From a virus: a stretch of DNA of 64,000 nt. Below are positions 10,114-20,518 of the stretch, piece after piece. The translations under genes were made by a program, and so were the position numbers. Location of the stretch: positions 72,550 through 136,549 of the IMG/VR virus record IMGVR_UViG_3300027804_000046, one strand, 5' to 3'. Position 1 is the first letter of the stretch. Each line of letters opens with the position of its first letter. The notes under the pieces were generated by a model that was given only the letters and a program-made list of their open reading frames with translations, was not told the DNA's origin and made no database searches.

Positions 10114-10281
10114 TGTTAGGATGGAAGTACAACGAAAGTATTCTCAGAACCTATATGACTGAACACGCAGAAGACATGGGCAGATTTTGGGCTGAGATAT
10201 ATAAGAATACGCCTAGTTTTTATGAGAACTTTATGCGAGGATTTCTAGAGGAACTAAACAAACCCAAGAAGGAATAGCAAA

Positions 10282-10482
10282 ATGGCATATCAAACTATTT
10301 CCGAAGAGATTATCCGACAAGCAGCAGAGATTATGGGCCCAGATAGCAACTTTCATGTTGCTTTAAAATGGGGTGAAGAGTATAGACAAGCGGGCATGAA
10401 CCCTGTATACTATACAGACGATTCTGAAAAGATGGTATTTGTTACTACAGAAGAAAAGATGAACGGCACTAAGTTTAATTAA
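10282..10482 (+). CDS. Hypothetical protein
   Basis: ORF with AGGA RBS. Confidence 0.55.
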   Translation: MAYQTISEEIIRQAAEIMGPDSNFHVALKWGEEYRQAGMNPVYYTDDSEKMVFVTTEEKMNGTKFN

Positions 10483-10497
10483 GATTGGAGTTTTATA

Positions 10498-10680
10498 ATG
10501 AATATTCTTGAGACGCAATGGAAGCAGCGAACACACGATAGCAAGTGGGAAAAACTTGCTAAGGTTATGGACTACGAAAACAAGTATGTCTATAAGAGCG
10601 AGTCGGGTTCTAATCTGACTTACATTCCTACCAAGTGGATGACAGTCGGTGTGTTTGATTATGTAGGAGAACTAGAATAA
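10498..10680 (+). CDS. Hypothetical protein
   Basis: ORF with GGAG RBS. Confidence 0.5.
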   Translation: MNILETQWKQRTHDSKWEKLAKVMDYENKYVYKSESGSNLTYIPTKWMTVGVFDYVGELE

Positions 10681-10994
10681 TGGCTGCGAATGTGAAGATA
10701 CTCAAGTTAATTACTGGTGAGGAACTGCTTGGTGAAATGCTACCAGGTGGACCCTCAGTTTGTGAAATCAAAAACCCTGTTCGTATCGTTGTGATGCCCA
10801 ACAAGATGGATCCTAAGACTCCAAATGTTGGCTTTGCTCCTTGGGCAGAATTTAGTGACCAGAAAACTTTTATTATTGACAAGTCTCATGTATTGTGTAT
10901 AATAGAGCCAATTAAAGAGTTCGTCAATCAATACAATTCCATGTTTGGCGGACTTGTTCTTCCGACTTCCAATTTGATTAAGCCAGGAGCATAA
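10680..10994 (+). CDS. Conserved T4-like Sm-fold-like protein upstream of the DNA polymerase
   Basis: VKILKLITGEELLG...VGFAPW...YNSMFG. Confidence 0.6.
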   Translation: MAANVKILKLITGEELLGEMLPGGPSVCEIKNPVRIVVMPNKMDPKTPNVGFAPWAEFSDQKTFIIDKSHVLCIIEPIKEFVNQYNSMFGGLVLPTSNLIKPGA

Positions 10995-13555
10995 TGTCCG
11001 ACAACTTTTACACTAACGTTCAAGTGTATGGTTCCAGAATACTTTATAGAGGCATAGAAAACGGTAGGAAAGTAAGACGCAAGATAGATTACTTTCCTAC
11101 TTTTTTTGTTCCCTCAAAAGAACCAACGGACTGGACAACCATTCATGGCAAGTATGTTTCTGAGTTGAAGCCCGGAAACATTCGTGAGGCTAGAGACTTT
11201 CTCAAGATGTATGAGGAAGTTGAAGGCTTTATTGTCTATGGCAATAACAGATATGAATATGCTTTCATCGCAGAAACTTTCCCGAATGATGTTGATTGGG
11301 ATATCTCTAAAATCAATGTGACAAACATCGATATCGAGGTCGGCTCAGAGAATGGTTTTCCTGAACCGTCTCTGGCCAATGAACCAATTACAGCCATCAC
11401 GTTCAAGAACAATCAAGGCAAGTTTATCGTATTTGGCTGCGGTAAGTTTAACAACACCCGTGATGATGTCCAGTATATTCATTGTCGTGATGAGATTGAC
11501 CTTATCAAGAGATTTATTGATGAGTGGTCTGGCGACTATCCTGATATCATCACTGGTTGGAATGTAGAACGGTTCGATATCGTCTATCTCGTCAATCGCT
11601 TTCGCAAGTTGATGGGTGAAGAGTTTGCTAACAGACTATCACCTTGGAATGTTATCAATGAAGGCAAGACTACAAACAAGTTGGGTCAAGTAGAAACAAT
11701 CTATCGCATTCTTGGCATCGCCACACTTGATTATATTGCCATGTATCGCAAGTTTGCTCCTGGTGGTCAGTCTCAGGAATCTTATTCACTCAACAATATT
11801 GCCAATGTAGAACTTGGCGAAAAGAAGTTGTCGTATGAAGAATATGGCAATCTGCACAATCTCTACAAAGAGAACTATCAAAAGTTTATTGAGTATAACA
11901 TCAAAGACGTTGAACTTGTTGACAAGATTGATGACAAGTTGAAACTCATTGAACTTGCTCTTACTCTTGCATACGACAGCAAAACTAATCCAGACGATTC
12001 CTTCTCACAGGTTCGTATGTGGGATGCTATCGTTTATAATCATCTTCGCAAGAAGAATATGGTTGTGGATCCTATTGTCAAGCACAGTAAAGATTCCGCA
12101 TACGAAGGCGCACATGTGAAAGAACCTGTGCCTGGTCTGTATAAGTGGGTCGCATCATTCGACTTGAACAGTCTGTATCCACACTTAATTATGCAGTACA
12201 ACATTTCGCCTGACACAATCATTGAACCAGAAGATTACACTCCTGGTCTGAGAATGTATGTGAAAGACAATCACTTTGAGGTTGATGAGTTTCTTGACCA
12301 AATAAACAACAACAATCAACTCAAGTATGAAAACGTGACTGTGACACCAAACGGACATTTCTATCGTCGCACGAAGCAGGGTTTCTTGCCTGAGATTATG
12401 GAAACAATGTATAATGACCGCAGCGCATATAAGAAGAAGACTATTGCTGCCAAGAAAGAACTAGAGAAAGAAACTGATCCAGAAAAGAGAATTGAAATCG
12501 AAAAGCGTGTAGCACGATTCAATAATCTCCAGTTGGCTAAGAAGGTTTCTCTAAACTCTGCTTACGGCGCTCTCGGTAATCAATACTTCCGATACTTCGA
12601 CGTTCGACAGGCCTCAGGCATCACGACTGCTGGTCAGTTGTCCATTCGTTGGATCGAAAAGAAACTAAATGAATATATGAACAAAATTCTAAAGACGGAC
12701 AAAGAAGACTATGTTATCGCCTCGGATACGGATAGCATTTACCTCTGTCTTGATAAACTGGTCAGCAAGACTATTATTGAGCAGAGTCCAAATGCTACAA
12801 CAAAACAAATTATCGCATTCATGGATAAGGTCTGCGAAAATAAAATTCAACCGTTTATTGACTCTGCTTATGCTGAACTTGCTGAATATATTAATGCCTA
12901 CGAACAAAAGATGCAAATGAAGCGTGAGGCTCTGGCCGACAAGGGTATCTGGACAGCCAAGAAGCGTTACATTCTGAATGTATACAATAACGAAGGTGTT
13001 GAATACGCAAAGCCCAAGCCGAAAGTCATGGGTCTTGAGATGATCAAGTCTTCCACTCCTGCATACTGCCGCAAGATTATGTGGGAAGCAATCGACATTG
13101 TTCTCAACAAGACTGAGAATGATTTGATTGGCATGATTGAAACATGGCGTCAAGAGTTTAGACATCAGAATATTTCAGACATTGCGTTTCCTCGTGGTGT
13201 AAATGGACTTGATAAGTTTGCTGACGCCAAGGCTATCTTTGGTAAGGGTTGCCCAATTCATGTGCGCGGTTCTTTGCTATATAACGATTTAATCAAGCGC
13301 AAGAAGTTGGACAAGACATATCAGGCAATCAAAGAGGGTGAGAAGATTAAGTTCATCTATCTCAAAGAGCCAAACACCATTCAGTCTAATGTCATCTCGT
13401 TTCCAACAATTGTGCCAAAAGAACTTGACATTGAGAAGTATATCGACTATGATTTGCAGTTTGACAAATCTTTTCTAGAGCCATTGAAGATTATTCTTGA
13501 TAGCATTGACTGGAAGACTGAACATGTATCTTCGCTTGAAGATTTCTTCAACTAA
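10994..13555 (+). CDS. 43: Family B DNA polymerase (T4 gp43)
   Basis: Exonuclease DIEV and GWNVERFD; polymerase SFDLNSLYP, KVSLNSAYG, SDTDS, KKRY; C-terminal clamp-binding SLEDFF. Confidence 0.97.
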   Translation: MSDNFYTNVQVYGSRILYRGIENGRKVRRKIDYFPTFFVPSKEPTDWTTIHGKYVSELKPGNIREARDFLKMYEEVEGFIVYGNNRYEYAFIAETFPNDVDWDISKINVTNIDIEVGSENGFPEPSLANEPITAITFKNNQGKFIVFGCGKFNNTRDDVQYIHCRDEIDLIKRFIDEWSGDYPDIITGWNVERFDIVYLVNRFRKLMGEEFANRLSPWNVINEGKTTNKLGQVETIYRILGIATLDYIAMYRKFAPGGQSQESYSLNNIANVELGEKKLSYEEYGNLHNLYKENYQKFIEYNIKDVELVDKIDDKLKLIELALTLAYDSKTNPDDSFSQVRMWDAIVYNHLRKKNMVVDPIVKHSKDSAYEGAHVKEPVPGLYKWVASFDLNSLYPHLIMQYNISPDTIIEPEDYTPGLRMYVKDNHFEVDEFLDQINNNNQLKYENVTVTPNGHFYRRTKQGFLPEIMETMYNDRSAYKKKTIAAKKELEKETDPEKRIEIEKRVARFNNLQLAKKVSLNSAYGALGNQYFRYFDVRQASGITTAGQLSIRWIEKKLNEYMNKILKTDKEDYVIASDTDSIYLCLDKLVSKTIIEQSPNATTKQIIAFMDKVCENKIQPFIDSAYAELAEYINAYEQKMQMKREALADKGIWTAKKRYILNVYNNEGVEYAKPKPKVMGLEMIKSSTPAYCRKIMWEAIDIVLNKTENDLIGMIETWRQEFRHQNISDIAFPRGVNGLDKFADAKAIFGKGCPIHVRGSLLYNDLIKRKKLDKTYQAIKEGEKIKFIYLKEPNTIQSNVISFPTIVPKELDIEKYIDYDLQFDKSFLEPLKIILDSIDWKTEHVSSLEDFFN

Positions 13556-13560
13556 ATATA

Positions 13561-14361
13561 TTGATGCAATCACGTATCCTCACAATTCTTGTGTTCATCA
13601 CAGGAATCGCAATATCTGCTGTAGCCGCTTATTATAGTATAATCGGTCTTACATCCATCTTTGCTGGAGCATTCTGGCCTATTATCATCATGGGTTCAGT
13701 ATTGGAAGTCGGCAAACTTGTAGCAACATCTTGGCTATACAATAACTGGAAACAAGCGCCGTTTCTAATCAAGACTTATCTGTTTGCTGCTATCGGTGTA
13801 TTGATGCTCATTACAAGCATGGGCATCTTTGGCTTTCTTTCCAAAGCACACATTGAACAACAGTTGCAACTCAATACTGGTGTGACAGAACAAGTTGAAA
13901 TACTGAATAGCGAAATCACTCTGCAACAGGAACGCATCGCAGACTTAGACAAACAGATAAAAGTGATAGACGATTCAATCAATAAGATGATTGAAAAGGG
14001 ACAAACAAAATCTTCTCTAGCCGCAGCAAAGCAACAGAAAGAAACTCGCCAAGCTTTAGTCGATGAAAAGAAAACAGAAACAGATAAACTATCACAAATG
14101 AAATCTCAGCGCATAAAGTTGGAATCTGAGTTCAAGAAAATAGAAGCAGAAGTCGGACCAATCAAGTATGTTGCCGAACTAATTTACGGCTCATCCGATC
14201 AAGAAATAGTTGACAAAGCCATCAGATTTGTTATAATGCTGCTCATATTCGTGTTTGATCCGTTGGCAATATTACTTCTGTTAGCCTTCAATATATCCGC
14301 AGCACAGAATAGACGAATTGAATTTTTAGATATGGAAGAATTAGAGAATGACAAAAGATGA
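13561..14361 (+). CDS. Membrane-anchored coiled-coil protein
   Basis: N-terminal TM helices, coiled coil, EAEVGPIKY...FDPLA. Confidence 0.6.
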   Translation: MMQSRILTILVFITGIAISAVAAYYSIIGLTSIFAGAFWPIIIMGSVLEVGKLVATSWLYNNWKQAPFLIKTYLFAAIGVLMLITSMGIFGFLSKAHIEQQLQLNTGVTEQVEILNSEITLQQERIADLDKQIKVIDDSINKMIEKGQTKSSLAAAKQQKETRQALVDEKKTETDKLSQMKSQRIKLESEFKKIEAEVGPIKYVAELIYGSSDQEIVDKAIRFVIMLLIFVFDPLAILLLLAFNISAAQNRRIEFLDMEELENDKR

Positions 14362-14737
14362 TTATGACGATTTTCATAAAGTGTTGGAAGACATTGTAGC
14401 ATCAAGGAAGTATCTTGATGGTGCATCTAGACCTTGGGGTCGCTGGTATGTCCTAGATGTGGATCAGGGATTCAAGGTAAAGAAACTGGAAATTCTACCA
14501 GATCAGGCTATCTCACTACAGTATCACATCCATCGTACAGAAACCTGGACGATTGTTCAAGGCGAAGGCAAAGTGATTGTTGATGGTAATGTGTTTTCTG
14601 TCAAGAAGGGCGACACGTTCTTTGTGCCAAGACAGGGCATTCACAAAATCACAAATACACATCTCAAGGAAATTTTAATTGCAATTGAGGTGCAAATCGG
14701 CGAAATTTGCAGAGAGGACGATATCGTTCGCTGCTAA
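14348..14737 (+). CDS. Mannose-6-phosphate isomerase type II cupin domain
   Basis: RPWGRW, ISLQYHIHRTETW, IEVQIG...EDDIVR. Confidence 0.85.
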   Translation: MTKDDYDDFHKVLEDIVASRKYLDGASRPWGRWYVLDVDQGFKVKKLEILPDQAISLQYHIHRTETWTIVQGEGKVIVDGNVFSVKKGDTFFVPRQGIHKITNTHLKEILIAIEVQIGEICREDDIVRC

Positions 14738-14788
14738 ATACAGCGTCACGGAGAATCGTGACGTTCAACATAATATAGGAGAATCTAT

Positions 14789-15841
14789 ATGTCAAACATG
14801 TTTACTTCCTTACTCAAGGAGATTGATAATGAATATGCGGGAATTGCAGACGAAGGTATCGAAGCTGGTGATGTCACTGGGTTCATTGGTACTGGCTCTT
14901 ATAGTCTCAATGCTCTACTTAGCGGTAGCATTTACGGTGGCTTACCTGCAAACAAGGTCACAGCACTCGCAGGTGAACCCTCAACCGGCAAGACCTTTTA
15001 CACAATCAACATTGTCAGACAATTCCTCAGAGACAATAAAGATGGATTCGTCTTCTACTTTGAATCAGAATCCGCTATATCTAAGCAAATGCTTTCAGAC
15101 AGAAACGTTGACACAAAGCGAGTTGCAGTTGTGCCAGTCGCAACTATCCAAGAATTTAGAACTCAAGCCGTAAAAATCCTCGACAAGTATATCGAAGACA
15201 AAGAGAAGAAGGATCGCCCGCCGATGCTCTTTGTTCTAGATTCACTCGGCAATCTTTCTACAGACAAAGAGATGGCCGACATTGCAGACGGCAAAGACAC
15301 ACGCGACATGACACGCGCACAACTTGTTCGTGGTGCATTCCGTGTTCTTACACTCAAGCTTGGTAAGGCTAAAGTACCGCTCATCGTGACCAATCACGTT
15401 TATGATGTAGTTGGTTCGTATGTTCCGACCAAGAAGATGGGTGGCGGTTCTGGTCTTGAGTATGCTGCATCGACCATTCTGTTTCTGTCAAAGAAGAAAG
15501 ACAAGGACAAGGACGGTAGCGTATCTGGTGCAATCATCACGGCCAATCTCAAGAAGGCTCGTCTGACGATTGAGAACAAGAAGGTCGAAACTCTGCTTGA
15601 CTATTCTTACGGACTTGATCCATACTACGGTCTTATTGATTTGGCTGAAAAGTTTGGTATCATGAAGAAGGTAGCAAACAAGTATGAAATGCCAGATGGC
15701 TCTAAGGCTTTCGAGTCTGTCATTCAATTAAATCCAGAAAAGTATTTTACAAAGGACATCATGGACAAAATTGATGAAGCATGTAAGAATGAGTTTCTTT
15801 ATGGTAAGTCCAATGTCACAGATACGGAGGAATCTGAATGA
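14789..15841 (+). CDS. uvsX: RecA-like recombinase UvsX
   Basis: AGEPSTGKT Walker A, FESE, LDSLG, MGGGSG. Confidence 0.95.
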   Translation: MSNMFTSLLKEIDNEYAGIADEGIEAGDVTGFIGTGSYSLNALLSGSIYGGLPANKVTALAGEPSTGKTFYTINIVRQFLRDNKDGFVFYFESESAISKQMLSDRNVDTKRVAVVPVATIQEFRTQAVKILDKYIEDKEKKDRPPMLFVLDSLGNLSTDKEMADIADGKDTRDMTRAQLVRGAFRVLTLKLGKAKVPLIVTNHVYDVVGSYVPTKKMGGGSGLEYAASTILFLSKKKDKDKDGSVSGAIITANLKKARLTIENKKVETLLDYSYGLDPYYGLIDLAEKFGIMKKVANKYEMPDGSKAFESVIQLNPEKYFTKDIMDKIDEACKNEFLYGKSNVTDTEESE

Positions 15842-16197
15842 TTTTAGGTACAGATTTCCGATTCAGTAATGTCTATAATACGGACACAACTGCTATTCAG
15901 TTATTGACAGAAGCATACAAAGATGTTATATTTCGTTTTACGAACGTAGGCATTCGTGAAAATCCAGAAGATGGAAATGCCACTCTTCGGTTCTCTTACG
16001 AAATACTTTCATCAGGTAAGTTCAAAGAAGAGTTGCTGCGTAAGGATAAGTATTTCGAACAGCATCTTGGTTTGATATTGAATACTTTAATCATAGACAT
16101 TGCGGAGTTAGATGGTGCAGATAGAGAAAGTTATATTGAAGAATCTGGTGAAGAACGAATCGTTCACGCGAAGGGTTCTGCCATTTCTCAAGAGTGA
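15838..16197 (+). CDS. Hypothetical protein at the T4 gp40 position
   Basis: Synteny between uvsX and gene 41. Confidence 0.5.
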   Translation: MILGTDFRFSNVYNTDTTAIQLLTEAYKDVIFRFTNVGIRENPEDGNATLRFSYEILSSGKFKEELLRKDKYFEQHLGLILNTLIIDIAELDGADRESYIEESGEERIVHAKGSAISQE

Positions 16198-17482
16198 ATA
16201 CTTCACGAACGAAGTTGAACGTAACATCTTCAACGAAATTCGTGACTTCACTATCAAGTATAACAATCTACCTACCACAGACGCATTGCTGATTGAAGTT
16301 GATTCGCTTCGCGGATTGACAGCAGACCAGGCCAGAGACGCATCTACTCTCATCAAAGACCTCAACGCTGATGAAGTCGATACAAATGCAGACTGGCTTC
16401 TTGACAGCACCGAAAAGTTCTGTCAAGAGAAAGCAATCTATAATGCAATCATGCAGTCTATCGAAATCATGAACAACAAGGGTGGCACTCTCACAAAGGG
16501 TGCCATCCCTGACCTATTGACACAAGCACTTGCTGTCACTTTTGATCCAAATGTCGGTCATGATTATCTTGAAGACTTTGAAGAACGATTCGAATACTAT
16601 CATCGTGTCGAACACAAGATTCCTTTTGACCTAGATTTCTTCAACAAGATTACCAAGAATGGTTTCAGTCGTAAGACACTCAACATCTTTTTGGCTGGTA
16701 CTGGTGTCGGTAAGTCTCTGACTATGTGTCATATTGCAGCCGCTTGTTTGGCTCAAGGCAAGAATGTGTTGTATATCACTCTTGAGTTGGCCGAAGAAGA
16801 AGTTGCAAAGCGTATTGACGCAAATCTCATGAACATTACGATTGATGACTTGCTTCAACTTCCTCGTGATTTGTATTTGAAGAAAGCTTCCGTTCTCAAG
16901 AACAAGGCACAGGGAAAACTTATCGTCAAGGAATATCCAACCGCAGCGGCCTCTACTCTACATTTCAAGGCATTGCTGAATGAGTTGCACTTGAAGAAGT
17001 CGTTCAAGCCAGATATCATCTTTGTTGACTATCTCAATATATGTGCATCTTCACGCATCAAGCCTGGCGGTAATGTAAACAGTTACACATACATCAAGTC
17101 TATCGCAGAAGAGTTGCGCGGTCTTGCTGTAGAGTTTGAAGTGCCAGTTGTTTCGGCCACTCAGACAAACAGAACTGGCTTTACAAGTTCAGACGTTGGT
17201 CTTGAAGATACTTCCGAATCGTTTGGTCTTCCTGCTACTGCTGACTTTATGGCAGCCTTGATTTCTACCGAGCAACTACAAGAACTAAATCAGATAATGG
17301 TAAAGCAGTTGAAGAACCGATATTCTGATCCGACTCAGAACAAGAGATTTGTTATCGGTATCGACAAAGCAAAGATGAAGTTGTATGATGTAGAACAATC
17401 CGCTCAGATAGATATTGTTGATAGTGGTCAAGTTCCACAGACAAATAGTTCAAAAGATAAGTTCAAAAGTCTAAAGGTGTGA
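16112..17482 (+). CDS. 41: Replicative DnaB-like helicase (T4 gp41)
   Basis: LAGTGVGKS, IFVDYLNIC, SATQTNR, SESFGLPATAD, KQLKNRY. Confidence 0.96.
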   Translation: MVQIEKVILKNLVKNESFTRRVLPFLKSEYFTNEVERNIFNEIRDFTIKYNNLPTTDALLIEVDSLRGLTADQARDASTLIKDLNADEVDTNADWLLDSTEKFCQEKAIYNAIMQSIEIMNNKGGTLTKGAIPDLLTQALAVTFDPNVGHDYLEDFEERFEYYHRVEHKIPFDLDFFNKITKNGFSRKTLNIFLAGTGVGKSLTMCHIAAACLAQGKNVLYITLELAEEEVAKRIDANLMNITIDDLLQLPRDLYLKKASVLKNKAQGKLIVKEYPTAAASTLHFKALLNELHLKKSFKPDIIFVDYLNICASSRIKPGGNVNSYTYIKSIAEELRGLAVEFEVPVVSATQTNRTGFTSSDVGLEDTSESFGLPATADFMAALISTEQLQELNQIMVKQLKNRYSDPTQNKRFVIGIDKAKMKLYDVEQSAQIDIVDSGQVPQTNSSKDKFKSLKV

Positions 17483-17483
17483 C

Positions 17484-17726
17484 ATGACAAGCGACAAGAT
17501 AGAACTAAGGCAAAAGTTCAAAGAAGTAAGCACGGATGATCCCAAGGAGATGACCGACGAAGACTTTGAGATTATATGGGCAAAAGAGTGTATGTTATTT
17601 TATGGTCGGATATTGACTGGAGAAAAACGACACTATTGTCCTGAGTGGGACTTTATGCCGATAGACGAAACTTGTGAATTTGAATTTGAAGCCTGCAACT
17701 GCTATCTGGAGAAAAAGAATGGATAA
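17484..17726 (+). CDS. Hypothetical protein
   Basis: HYCPEWDFMPIDETC ORF. Confidence 0.55.
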   Translation: MTSDKIELRQKFKEVSTDDPKEMTDEDFEIIWAKECMLFYGRILTGEKRHYCPEWDFMPIDETCEFEFEACNCYLEKKNG

Positions 17727-17955
17727 CTACTACGTTCTGCCACTTGAAGTCAATTCCGATTTCATCTGGTGCGTCATGGAAAACAAGACCGAGCAACTGA
17801 TTAAGGCTTTTGAGTTCGAGGAAGATGCATTAGACTATGCTAATTTTCTGGAATCAGGCGGTGCCTTTGACGGATTCACTCCGACGTTTGTACTACGGGA
17901 AGTTGTATTCGCACGGAATGTCAACGCCGACTTCTCCGACTTCATTTCTGCTTAA
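17719..17955 (+). CDS. Hypothetical protein
   Basis: GGAFDGFTPTF motif seen in T4-like phages; GGAG upstream. Confidence 0.55.
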   Translation: MDNYYVLPLEVNSDFIWCVMENKTEQLIKAFEFEEDALDYANFLESGGAFDGFTPTFVLREVVFARNVNADFSDFISA

Positions 17956-17969
17956 AACTCGGTAGGAAT

Positions 17970-18180
17970 GGGCTGGAAAAGCGACTGACCAGCGGGTAGT
18001 ACGGATATATCTGGCTGGATCCACCCGCTCCAGCCCTCTCCTCCTGCGTCTGGACCGACCTCAATAAAATCAATCACTTAGCCGAACGACAAATCAAGCA
18101 CTTAGCCCATGCTCTGGATGCATAGCAGGTATGCAAAAGGAACCCTTGAAAAACCGACTTGCCATCCCCATCTATAGTGT
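17970..18180 (+). repeat. Dispersed regulatory cassette copy 1 (stem-loop, two IHF-like sites, ATGC box, promoter)
   Basis: Aligns by eye with 63764-63960; AATCAATCACTTA at 18068, AATCAAGCACTTA at 18092; box 18109-18134; CTTGAA-N17-CCATCT. Confidence 0.8.
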
Positions 18181-18210
18181 ATGAGACGATCCAACGACTA
18201 TCAGCCAGAC

Positions 18211-18275
18211 ATGCGTTCCGTGCATAGCAGGGTTGCGTTTGCTGCTCTTGATAATCTGATCGACCGACACTATAT
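18211..18275 (+). promoter_or_regulatory. Early promoter with ATGC-N7-GCAT-N7-TTGC box
   Basis: Box 18211-18236, then CTTGAT-N17-CTATAT. Confidence 0.75.
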
Positions 18276-18300
18276 TATGAGTATGAGAAAGAGAGAGCCG

Positions 18301-18489
18301 ATGACCTTTGATGAAGCCGTTGAGATTGTGAAGAACTATACTGGTTGCGGTAACCTTCTACTCGACGGTCTTGAGCAGATCAAGCATGAAATGCAGCAGG
18401 AAGACGCCGATGACTGGCTTAGCCAGCGTGAGAAAGCAGCTTATCGCCTCATCTGCGCCAAAATGCGTCCCCTCTTCTTTGGAGAATAA
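18301..18489 (+). CDS. Early hypothetical protein
   Basis: MTFDEAVEIVKN..., directly downstream of the promoter. Confidence 0.6.
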   Translation: MTFDEAVEIVKNYTGCGNLLLDGLEQIKHEMQQEDADDWLSQREKAAYRLICAKMRPLFFGE

Positions 18490-18490
18490 C

Positions 18491-18916
18491 ATGACCCTTG
18501 CTGAATACCTTGCCGCCCTCAATGCTGAAAAGCTGGCTTGGATCGCCGAAGATCCAGACAATCGTTGGACGGGTCTCTATGTCGAGGAACTTGATTTCTG
18601 GACCGAGATGGGTGTTACCACCGTGCGTGACTTCAAGCGTTACGAAAACGAAACCTTGTTCTGGGAAATGTATAAGGAAGTAGTTGGTTTCCGTCCGCGT
18701 CATATCGACGTAAAGTCAATGTCGGATGCTGAACTGGAAGATTATCTGGATTACCTCGGTAAGCAGATGGCAGCCCAGATCGCCGCTGACGCTGAGTGGC
18801 AAAAGCAGGAAGAAGAATATCGCCTTGAAGAAGAGGCAAAGCGGGCCGCGTGGCTTGCTGAACAGCCTGAGACCATTGACTATGTGGCTCACAACTATCA
18901 GGAAGGTTGGCTCTAA
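18491..18916 (+). CDS. Early hypothetical protein
   Basis: GGAG RBS; YKEVVGFRPRH motif. Confidence 0.65.
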   Translation: MTLAEYLAALNAEKLAWIAEDPDNRWTGLYVEELDFWTEMGVTTVRDFKRYENETLFWEMYKEVVGFRPRHIDVKSMSDAELEDYLDYLGKQMAAQIAADAEWQKQEEEYRLEEEAKRAAWLAEQPETIDYVAHNYQEGWL

Positions 18917-19113
18917 TGTTTAAGCGTTTCATTAGTTGGTTCAAGATCCGTTTCATCTTTTCGGACCAGCAACTAATGGATGCCGTCGATATGGTCGACC
19001 GTGTTGATCCTAATCTGCTCAATGATGAAAATCTTTGGCAACAAGCCCAGAGTGCGCGGATCTATATCATCAGAGAATTGATCCGTCGCGGTCACTATGA
19101 ATACATCATATAA
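18916..19113 (+). CDS. Hypothetical protein
   Basis: TAATG coupling to the upstream gene. Confidence 0.5.
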   Translation: MFKRFISWFKIRFIFSDQQLMDAVDMVDRVDPNLLNDENLWQQAQSARIYIIRELIRRGHYEYII

Positions 19114-19265
19114 TAAGGATTTAGGAATGCTTAGATTTCTGCTCGGTATGGTTCTCGGCGCTTCGGCCACGACTGGACTTGGACTCCAGATGGTTATGGG
19201 TGCAATCGGTCTCGGTCTTATGGCTTGGGGCTTCTATGTGATGTATATGAACGGAGAGTTAATGA

Positions 19266-19481
19266 GTGACTAACACCTGCCTGCATTTCGTTGGTTTCAA
19301 GGATGAGAGATATCTGGCTGCCGTGCGTTTGTTCGGGCAGCCAGATTTCATTCATCCTGGTTGGGATCTCCGTGCTTTTCGTGAGATTGCACCAGGCGAT
19401 ACGGTTGTGTTTGCAAATGGCGATCATACACAGGCGCCGCGTAATAAGTCTTACAGTGACATAAAGGAACCCAATGTTTAG
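19266..19481 (+). CDS. Hypothetical protein
   Basis: LHFVGFKDERY...FGQPDFIHPGWD. Confidence 0.55.
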   Translation: MTNTCLHFVGFKDERYLAAVRLFGQPDFIHPGWDLRAFREIAPGDTVVFANGDHTQAPRNKSYSDIKEPNV

Positions 19482-19749
19482 AGTGCAAAAGGAAGAATAT
19501 CATACTGGTTTTCAAATGATCTTTGAAAATGGTTGGACGGTATCGGTTCAGTTCGGTCGTGGAAACTATTGTAAGAATCGTTCCATGAAATTTGTTGGAC
19601 AAGAACCTGTTTACAAATCGCCCGATGCCGAGGTTGCTGCATGGGATGAGAACGGTGTGTGGTATCGGTTTGATGAGGGCGATTCCGTGAAGGGCTGGTG
19701 CAAGCCTGACGAGGTCGCCGACTTCATCGCTAAGGTAAAGGCATTCTAA
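19474..19749 (+). CDS. Hypothetical phage protein
   Basis: FENGWTVSVQFGRGNYC. Confidence 0.6.
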   Translation: MFRVQKEEYHTGFQMIFENGWTVSVQFGRGNYCKNRSMKFVGQEPVYKSPDAEVAAWDENGVWYRFDEGDSVKGWCKPDEVADFIAKVKAF

Positions 19750-20285
19750 TGAAAATCAACATTCGCGGTAAGACTTCGGCCATGTGTAAGGCCGAAATCA
19801 AGTTTGCTACAATCTTCTTTGCTCAGTATATCATGAGCAAGAGACTGCTAGAAAATATTCAGGTCGATATCTGCTTTGAGAAACAAGGCAAGTATGCACA
19901 GGGTCATTGTTTTTCTTATGATGATGGTCCGCGCCCGCGAATGTTTGAAATCGGTATCAATTCAAAACTGTCCCGATACAAGATGCTGCAATGCCTCGCG
20001 CATGAGATTGTCCATATGAAGCAATATGCGAAAGGCGAGTTGCGACACGAACTAATCACAGCCAAGTGGCAGGGCAAGACCTACAAGATTACCAATTCTT
20101 TCGAGGACTATCTAAACTGGCCTTGGGAAATTGAAGCGTATGGTCGCGACCGTTCGCTATATCTGCTCTATTCTTGTGTCCTGAAACAGGAAAAGATTAA
20201 GTTCAAGCACGGGTATCCTTATATTCGTGGAAAACGTCTGACAAAAAAGATGTTGACATCCTTCAAGACAACTGCTAAGATTTGA
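19749..20285 (+). CDS. Zincin-like metallopeptidase domain protein
   Basis: LAHEIVHMKQY HEXXH and PWEIEAY. Confidence 0.7.
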   Translation: MKINIRGKTSAMCKAEIKFATIFFAQYIMSKRLLENIQVDICFEKQGKYAQGHCFSYDDGPRPRMFEIGINSKLSRYKMLQCLAHEIVHMKQYAKGELRHELITAKWQGKTYKITNSFEDYLNWPWEIEAYGRDRSLYLLYSCVLKQEKIKFKHGYPYIRGKRLTKKMLTSFKTTAKI

Positions 20286-20518
20286 CCATGATGACAAATG
20301 ATTGGAAACCGAACGTTGGCGATCTGCTGCATGTCCGTACTGAATATAAGTATGGTTGTCGGCATGACATTCTCATCAAGAGTGGAAGGGTAGTGAAAAG
20401 TGAGCGATACGATCCAAAAAATACTTTTCGTCTATACACTGGCAATCCTCAGTATCCCGTTTCTATCATCGCATTGGAACGAGTCACTGGTGTTAAGATT
20501 CGCAAAGGTGCAGCATAA
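20282..20518 (+). CDS. Hypothetical protein
   Basis: ORF after a TTGACA...TAAGAT promoter-like motif. Confidence 0.5.
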   Translation: MTMMTNDWKPNVGDLLHVRTEYKYGCRHDILIKSGRVVKSERYDPKNTFRLYTGNPQYPVSIIALERVTGVKIRKGAA

